NCBI GenBank assembly: GCA_951406725.2
Contig: OX597830.1
Coordinates: 64,542,001-64,606,000, forward strand
Reading direction: 5' to 3'
Length of the DNA: 64,000 nucleotides
Source: Octopus vulgaris
Lineage: Eukaryota
Part shown: positions 56,084 to 64,000 of the stretch, piece after piece
Numbering within the stretch: the first letter of the stretch is position 1
Layout: each line of letters starts with the position of its first letter
Made by a program: the position numbers and the translations under genes
Notes under the pieces: generated by a model
The model's input: only the letters and a program-made list of their open reading frames with translations
Databases searched by the model: none
Told to the model about the DNA's origin: nothing

Positions 56084-56737
56084 TGAGAGAGAGCGAGAGG
56101 GAGAAGGAGAGAAAGAAAGAAAGATGCTATGTTTGGGTGTCTGTGGGTGCGTTGAAGAATTTCGAAAATTTTATTTCGAAATTTTGCTATACGAGGCAGA
56201 ATATTGTAGAGGAATGGCAGTTACTCTCAGAGCCCAACCCTCAAACAAATTCTTGCTGTACGACCATCGGTGATAACTGTTCTACATTTTAAAGTTAGCA
56301 ATTCTTGAATTAACGCCACCAAATATCAATGAGACGTTTCTCAGATTTCCCTTGGGTTATTATTGAGAAAGCTTTATTGATCAATAGACGAATTTCTTCT
56401 GGCTCAACTAATTTCAAACGACTTAAACCGGAGGGGAATAACCAACCACATACAATATGCAAATTCGCCAACTTAGAATTAAACGCAGAGTGAAAAAATG
56501 CAATACTAAAATGGTGGAAGTGGACATACACGTCTGAGCTACCATTAAATCACTGGAAAATTCTAGAAACATAGAATATTGATTTGCACATATTTCGTGA
56601 CATTCAAATGCATATATATATATATATACATACACACACACACATACACACACACACACACATATATATATAAATATATATCTATATATATATACACATA
56701 CATATGTATGTATATATATGTATGTATGTACGTATGC

Positions 56738-56770
<33 letters not shown>

Positions 56771-56774
56771 CGTA

Positions 56775-56846
<72 letters not shown>

Positions 56847-56865
56847 ATGTATGTATACATACATA

Positions 56866-57118
56866 TTCTTTTATTCTTTTATTCTTTCAGTTATTTTACT
56901 GCCGCCATGCTGGAGCACCGCCTTGAACGTGTTTTAGTCGAACAAATCGATCCCAGGACTTATTCTTTGTAAGCCTTGTACTTTTTTTATTGACCAATTA
57001 CGCCGAACCGCTAAGTTACAGGGACGTAAACACACCAACATTTGTTGTCAAATGATGGTGGGGGACTAAAATAGACACACAAGCACACGCACGTACGCAC
57101 ACACACATACATACACAC

Positions 57119-57149
<31 letters not shown>

Positions 57150-57290
57150 TATATTCAACTGGCTTCTTTCAGTTTCCTTCTAACAAATCCACTCACAAGC
57201 ATTTGGTCGGCGCGAGCCTATAGTAGAAGACTCTTACTCAAGGTGCCACGCAGTGGGAGTGAACCCGGAACCATGTTGTTGGTAAGCACG
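56866..57290 (-). mobile_element. SINE family A
   Basis: Reverse-complement match to family A. Confidence 0.85.
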
Positions 57291-57519
57291 TGCCTGGTGA
57301 ACCCTTATCAGACGGGAAGTCATGATGGGCATACTGGGCTTCGCATATTTTACCCTAGCGTCACTTTGATGGCATGCACTGCTCTCTTAATCAAGAATTA
57401 TGCACGAATTCCCTTAATAAATGGTGAAAGTAGAATACACCAGTTATCTTTTCCAATATGCTTAAAGAGAAGCTACCGCCCATAATATACATACATACAT
57501 ACATACATACGTACGTAGA

Positions 57520-57710
57520 GTTAATCCAAACATGAAAGCACAAAAAAACACAACAACGCGAGGACGTGGAACAAATATAGTATTATTGGACGCTCAGGAA
57601 AGAAAGAAAGAAGGAGGGTTTAACGTTCGTCGGAAACATAGGAGAAGGAAAGATCCCGAGAAGGGAAGACAGAGGAAAAAAATCACCAACGGTACACACG
57701 CGGTCACATT
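57520..57710 (-). mobile_element. second copy of the 42340-42543 repeat, helix II deleted
   Basis: Minus strand reads gtttccgacgaacgttaaaccctcc. Confidence 0.7.
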
Positions 57711-57814
57711 ATACATACATACATACATACATACATACATACATACATACATACATACACACTTACATGCATACTTACATACATACATAATACATACATA
57801 CATACATACATACA

Positions 57815-57846
<32 letters not shown>

Positions 57847-58170
57847 CATACATATACATACATATACATACATATACATACATATATCATAATGCACTGT
57901 TCCGTGATAGAAAATTCAACAAAAAGTAGTCCATCAGCAAAGAGATAGATATTATTTATCTAAAGGATACAATACATATCTTTAAGTGCCACTAATAGTT
58001 TCATGTGCTGAGAAATATGTCAAACATATATCTCAAGCACAAACTACATATAATGAACTAAAGAATTGAATACATACATACACATATACGTACATACATT
58101 CATACATACACGCACACATACATACATACATACATACATACATACATACATACATACATACATACATACA

Positions 58171-58443
58171 TGATGATGGCCGTCCACTCGTGACCGAGGA
58201 AGACCATTGCCAACCTTCAGGAACATTGTGCGCTCTAGGACTAACTTATAATTTGCATTTGCGGCTCCGTTGGTGGCTAATGAGCCCTGCTCTTGACAAG
58301 CATACACGACTGCAAACATTGCAGACCAAGCTTTCCCCATTCACTATACGAGCCGTGCGCTTTCGCGCAGCTCGCTTAAGTTCTTCATGCTGGATACGTG
58401 CTCTCTCAAAAGTGTCAATCCCCTCCTTAACCTGCTTCCTCCA
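58171..58443 (-). mobile_element. RTE-clade LINE 3' end
   Basis: WRKQVKEG...LVCNVCSRVCLSRAGLISHQRS (C-terminal CxxC...H zinc finger), short UTR, (ATC)n tail. Confidence 0.85.
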
Positions 58444-58482
58444 TACATACATTCATACATACATACATACATTCATACATAC

Positions 58483-59290
58483 GTACATTGACAAAGAAAT
58501 AAGAGCCCACAGTATGGTAGAAGCCCTAGCCACTTATAATAAAAAGGAGTACTGGTGGAATGTCCCAATAAAACCTCAGTAATATGTAAGCACAACAGAC
58601 CTGATATAATGATATACGATAGAGAAGAGTAACTGCGTAAAGTTGAGAAATTAGCTGCCCAGCGGATCTTAGCATAAAGCTGAAGATTAGTGAAAAGAGA
58701 TTACCTACGCTGAACTATTGAGAAATCTGCAGTTACTCTTTCCAGATTACAAATTACAGGTTTACACCTGTAATTATTGGAGCCCTGGGATTTGTAACAC
58801 ACTGCCGAAATGTCGATCTTGAGAAATTAGGCTTCACAAAACCAGAAAGGAGAAACCTAATTCGAAGACTACAGATCCGATCCATCACTGGAACTGTAAA
58901 AATCTGTAAAACTTTCCAGAAGTTTATCATTTAAATATATATATGAGCATGTCTAGACATGCAACTATATGCATGAGAATACATACATAAAACAAAACAT
59001 ACAAATTTGCACATATTTATATGTGCATACATACACATACACACATACACGCATACACACATACATATATACCTACATACATGCATACAAACATACATGC
59101 ATGCATGCACACATACATACATACATATATACATACATTCATGCAAACATTCATACATACATACATACAAAATTACCCTGTTGTTGATGTTGAAATTCCA
59201 ATGAAGGAGCCTTGGATCTAGGTTAGAAACCGGTTCTTTCTCTGTTGGGAAGAAATCTTGAAATAAAACCGAACAATGACACACGTACAT
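58483..59290 (+). mobile_element. REL-endonuclease LINE 3' fragment associated with (CATA)n
   Basis: YWWNVPI...RPDIMIYD...PVIIGALG...GTVKICKTFQKFII* (frameshifted); flanked by CATA runs. Confidence 0.75.
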
Positions 59291-60082
59291 ATACAAACAC
59301 GCACGCAAACTCACACATATATACATATGTGTGTGCATATATATTTATATATATATATATATGTGTGTGTGTGTTTGTGTGTGCGTGTGTATGCATGTGT
59401 TTGTGTATATATATATATATGTATATGTATATATATATATGTATGTGCATATATATAAATGTGTGTATATTTATAAATATATGTATATGTATATATATGT
59501 GTATACGCACACACATATGTATATGTATGTATATGCATATATATGTGTGTGTGTGAATGCGTGTGTGTGTGTGTGTGTGTATGTATGTGTATGTATGATG
59601 TTATTTTGACTAATTGAAATAAAAGTAGCTCCAGGCGAATGTCTTAAAATTTTAAATACATTTTTTCCAGTGTGATGTATATAGGTCTCTGGTCACCGAG
59701 TGTAGAAATACTCGGGTGCATAAACAGTCGCAGTATCTTCATTAACAGAATACACTAAATGAAAACAAATTCGAACCCTCAAACGGGGAAGGAAATATCT
59801 AGAGCATGGATAAAATTCAAATTCATTCTCTTTGGGCGTAGATATTCTACATTTAAGTATCATGTACCATAAATACCTATCAAATATGCTTCACGGCTGT
59901 ATTTTGAAAGCGGTATCTAACAAAGAACTCGATAAGCACGAAGCATAGAGTAATATATAAAGTAATATAACGTAATGCTGACTACTAATAAATGAAAAAC
60001 ATTTCTAAGCATAAATTTGAAAATATAGATGATGTGGAATACTCAAGCACATACACTATATTTTAATGAGTTGATAGATCAG

Positions 60083-60480
60083 CTGGTGAGCTGGCAGAAA
60101 CGTTAGCACGCCGGGCGAAATGCGTAGCGGTATTTCGTCTGCCGCTATGTTCTGAGTTCAAATTTCACCGAGGTTGACTTTGCCTTTCATCCTTTCGGGG
60201 TCGATAAATTAAGTACCAGTTACGCACTGAGGTTGATCTAATCGACTTAATCCGTTTGTCTGTCCTTGTTTGTCCCCTCTGTGTTTTGCCCCTTGTGGGT
60301 AGTAAAGAAATAGGTATTTCGTCTGTCTTTACGTTCTGAGGTCCAATTTCGCCAAGGTCGACTTTGCCTTTCATCCTTTCGGGGATAATAAATTAAGTAC
60401 CAGTTGCATACTGGGGTCGATCCAGTCGACTAGTCCCACTCCCCTCAAGTTTCGGGCCTTGCGCCTTGAGTAGAAAAGAT
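60083..60480 (+). mobile_element. SINE family C dimer (tail 1 then tail 2)
   Basis: Two cores; re-entry gaaatag|gtatttcgtctg. Confidence 0.9.
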
Positions 60481-60967
60481 TCTTTTACTTGTGTCAGTCA
60501 TTTGACTGCGCCTATGACAAAGCGACCGCAGGAATTATTTTTTGTAAGACTAATACTTATTCTATCGGACGCTTCTGCCGAACCGCTAAGTTACAGGGAC
60601 GTAAACACATAACCATCGGTTGTCAAGCGACGGTGGGAGGACGAACATAAACACACACACACACACATATATATATACGACGAACTTCTTTCTGTTTCCG
60701 TCTACTAAATCCATTCACAAGGCTTTGGGCGGCCCGAGGATATATAATACCAGATAGTTACCCAATGTGCCACGCAGTGGTAGTGAATCCGGAACCATGT
60801 GGTTGAGAAGCAAGCTTCTTACCACAGAGCCACGCTGCGCCTATATTCAATTTAAATTTATGTAATAGTCAAATAATATTTCTGCTTGGTTTTCATTTAT
60901 ACACATAAACGGATATTTGCGGCAACTTTTTATAAAAACAGACATACACACGCATGCATACACACAG

Positions 60968-61044
<77 letters not shown>

Positions 61045-61570
61045 ATGTATGTATATATACTCTTTTACTCTTTAACTTGTTTCAGTCATTTGACTGCGGC
61101 CATGCTGGAGCACCACCTTTAGTCAAGCAAATCGACCCCAGGACTTATTATTTGGAAGCCTAGTACTTATTCTATCGGACTCTTCTACCGAACCGCTAAG
61201 TTACGAGGACGTAAACACACCAGCATTGATTGTCAAGTGATGTTGGGGGGGGGGGGGGACAAACACACCCACACAAACGCACACATATATATATACATAT
61301 ACATATATACGACAGGCTCCTTTCAGTTTCCGTCTACGAAATCCACTCACAAGGCTTTGGTCGGCCCTTGGCTGTAGTAGAAGCTGACACGCAGTGGAAC
61401 TGAACCCGGAATCATGTGGTTGGTAAGCAAGCTACTTACCACACAGCCACTCCTGCGCCTATACAATATGTATGTGTGTGTATCCTTTTATTCTTTTACT
61501 TGTTTTAGTCACGTGACTGTGCCCATGCTGGTGAAGAACTAGACCCTCGGACATATTCTTTGTAAGCCTG
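60481..61570 (-). mobile_element. SINE family A copies 60481-60843, 61060-61462 and partial 61483-61570
   Basis: Reverse-complement matches to family A. Confidence 0.85.
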
Positions 61571-61621
61571 CAGTTTATTCCGAGCAGTTGAACGAGCCCC
61601 AACTACGTTCTAGGAACTGAA

Positions 61622-61671
61622 CCAGTAGACCAACCTGGTTTCGGACTATTTCTGTCTCTCTTCAGTACTGG
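61622..61671 (-). ncRNA. type I hammerhead ribozyme (complete)
   Basis: ccagta CTGAAGA g(a)gac agaaata gtcc GAAA cca ggt tg GTC tactgg: intact core, three helices, GUC cleavage triplet. Confidence 0.8.
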
Positions 61672-61713
61672 AAGACTCGCCTGCTGCAGATGGCATTAGT
61701 TGTCTTCTGCTAG

Positions 61714-62120
<407 letters not shown>

Positions 62121-62422
62121 TTCAAGCGATATACATTCACTGATTTTGCAACATGTAAAAATGCTACTTCTAAAATCTCTCTCGCAGATCAGTGCAGAAG
62201 TTGTACTAAAAAATAATTTCGTAGCCACTGAAACATGGCTGTCCGTTCGAATGGGGGCTATTGCGATTTTTTAGCCCCAAAATAACATCTACACTAGCTG
62301 GTTAACGATGCAAAGCTGCACCCGAGATTAGCGACGGCACCAGCAGACCATCCTGGTTCCCTTCATCACTCATAACTGGTTACTGTATTGATTCTCTAAG
62401 CTCATATTAATGTAACTAAATA

Positions 62423-62934
62423 CCGTAAATCCTCGACCATAATCCGCATTATTTTCCCAACCTTTAAAGGTCAAAATCCCTAGTGCGTACTATATACGAG
62501 GTTAAAAATGAAAAATATTTTTTAAGCAATGTCCGAGTCTCTATTTGCTATCCGGAAATGTTTATTTAGACGCATTTTGTGATGTCGGGCGCGAAAATAC
62601 CTTAAGCTAAGCCTGAAAGCAATGAAATCATAAAAGAATCATCCATAACTTGCAGTAAGCAACATTTATTAAACGTTATTACTGTTATTTCTTTATTTTC
62701 TTCAAACAAAATGCACAAAAAAGCTACACGTTTGCATTATGTTATATGTACAATAATAATAAAGGACATTACTGTATACATTTTTGCAAACCAAGGACGT
62801 TATGTCGACCTCCTTGACTCAAGTTAGAGAAGGCGCGCGTATTATACACGAGGTTTAGGTTTTTCAGAGGTACAGGCCCCTAAAAGTCCCCTGCGTATTA
62901 TACCCAAGGATGGACTATGCTCGAGGATTTACGG
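62423..62934. mobile_element. 512-bp Tc1/mariner-superfamily MITE (Tc2/pogo-like TIRs), TA TSD
   Basis: TA|ccgtaaatcctcgaccataatcc ... ggactatgctcgaggatttacgg|TA; three internal gcgta(c/t)tata.ac.agg-like repeats. Confidence 0.85.
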
Positions 62935-63208
62935 TAACCAAATGTGTGTGTGTGTGTGTGTATTGCATGTATACATAACTTTTGTCTTTCACTAGTTTCA
63001 GTCATTAGGATGCGGTCATGCTGGGGCACCATCTTAAAGAAATTTTGTCGTATGTTTCGACTCCAGTAATTAATTATTTAAAGCTTAGCCGAAACGCTAA
63101 GTTACAGAGATGTAGTGTCACCAGCACCGGTTGTCAAGTGGTCTGGGGGACAAACAGAGCCACAAAGACACACACACCTACACACACGCATATATATATA
63201 TATATATA

Positions 63209-63606
63209 TGCAGGAGTGGCTGTGTGGTAAGTAGCTTGCTTACCAACCACATGGTTCAGGGTTCAGTCCAACTGCGTGGCATCTTGGGCAAGTGTCTTCT
63301 ACTATAGTCTCGGGCCGACCAAAGCCTTGTGAGTGGATTTGGTAGACGTAAACTGAAAGAAGCCCGTCGTATATATATGTATATATATATGTGTGTGTGT
63401 ATGTTTGTGTGTCTGTGTTTGTCCCCCTAGCATTGCTTGACAACCGATGCTGGTGTGTTTACGTCGCCGTCACTTAGCGGTTCGGCAAAAGAAAGCGATA
63501 GAATAAGTACTGGGCTTACAAAGAATAAGTCCCGGGGTCGATTTGTTCGACTAAAGGTGGTGCTCCGGCATGGCCGCAGTCAAATGACTGAAACAAGTAA
63601 AAGAGT

Positions 63607-63612
<6 letters not shown>
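63209..63612 (+). mobile_element. young SINE family A
   Basis: Near-identical to 1123-1531; a degenerate minus-strand half lies at 62985-63170. Confidence 0.9.
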
Positions 63613-63654
<42 letters not shown>

Positions 63655-63662
63655 TATATGTA

Positions 63663-64000
63663 CGAGGGGCGTTCAATAAGTAATGCCCTGACCCACTTCC
63701 CATAGCAGTAGAGCAACGAAACTTGGCACAGTTATTAGTCTTTTTCTACATAGGAACCACTCAGAGTTACACATTTCTCCCATCGTTTGATGCAACTCTG
63801 GAGACCGTTTTTGTAGAAGACCCCAGCTTGGTCCTCCAACCACGACGTGACTTCAGAAATCAAAGCCGCATCATCTGGGAAATGCTTTCCTTTCAAAAAC
63901 AACTTCATGGCTAGGAAGAGGTGAAAATCAGAGGGTGCAAGGTCAGGAGAGTAGGGGGATGGGGGAGGAGTTCATAGCCGCACGCCTGTTCTTCTGATCT
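63663..64000 (-). mobile_element. mariner transposon 3' end (transposase C-terminus, stop at 63735-63737), runs off the window
   Basis: PYSPDLAPSDFHLFLAMK...RWEKCVTLSGSYVEKD*; TIR TA|cgaggggcgttcaataagt. Confidence 0.92.

Overview
AT-rich, repeat-saturated eukaryotic non-coding DNA (intron or intergenic), most likely from Octopus or another coleoid cephalopod. That assignment is inferred from the OR1/OR2-like tRNA-derived SINEs and the extreme microsatellite load. I find no host protein-coding exon. Most listed ORFs are translations of (TA)n, (CA)n, (TAGA)n, (TATG)n and (AAT)n runs or of SINEs. The only real coding remnants are transposon pieces: three Tc1/mariner transposase fragments, R4/Dong-type REL-endonuclease LINE ends, CR1 and RTE LINE 3' ends, and a Penelope (PLE) GIY-YIG C-terminus. 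About 40 SINE copies from at least four families, several MITEs (one with a clean 9-bp TSD) and a DINE-1/HINE-like element fill much of the rest. The most interesting signal is a dispersed set of hammerhead ribozyme (HHR) motifs. One type I HHR is complete (61622-61671, minus strand). About ten minimal or decayed copies, most with a palindromic helix III, sit in short PLE-like units next to (TA)n runs. Also notable are a young 776-bp partial-tandem, retrozyme-like element and several long fold-back repeats that could form dsRNA. All structures were read by eye; no folding or database search was run.
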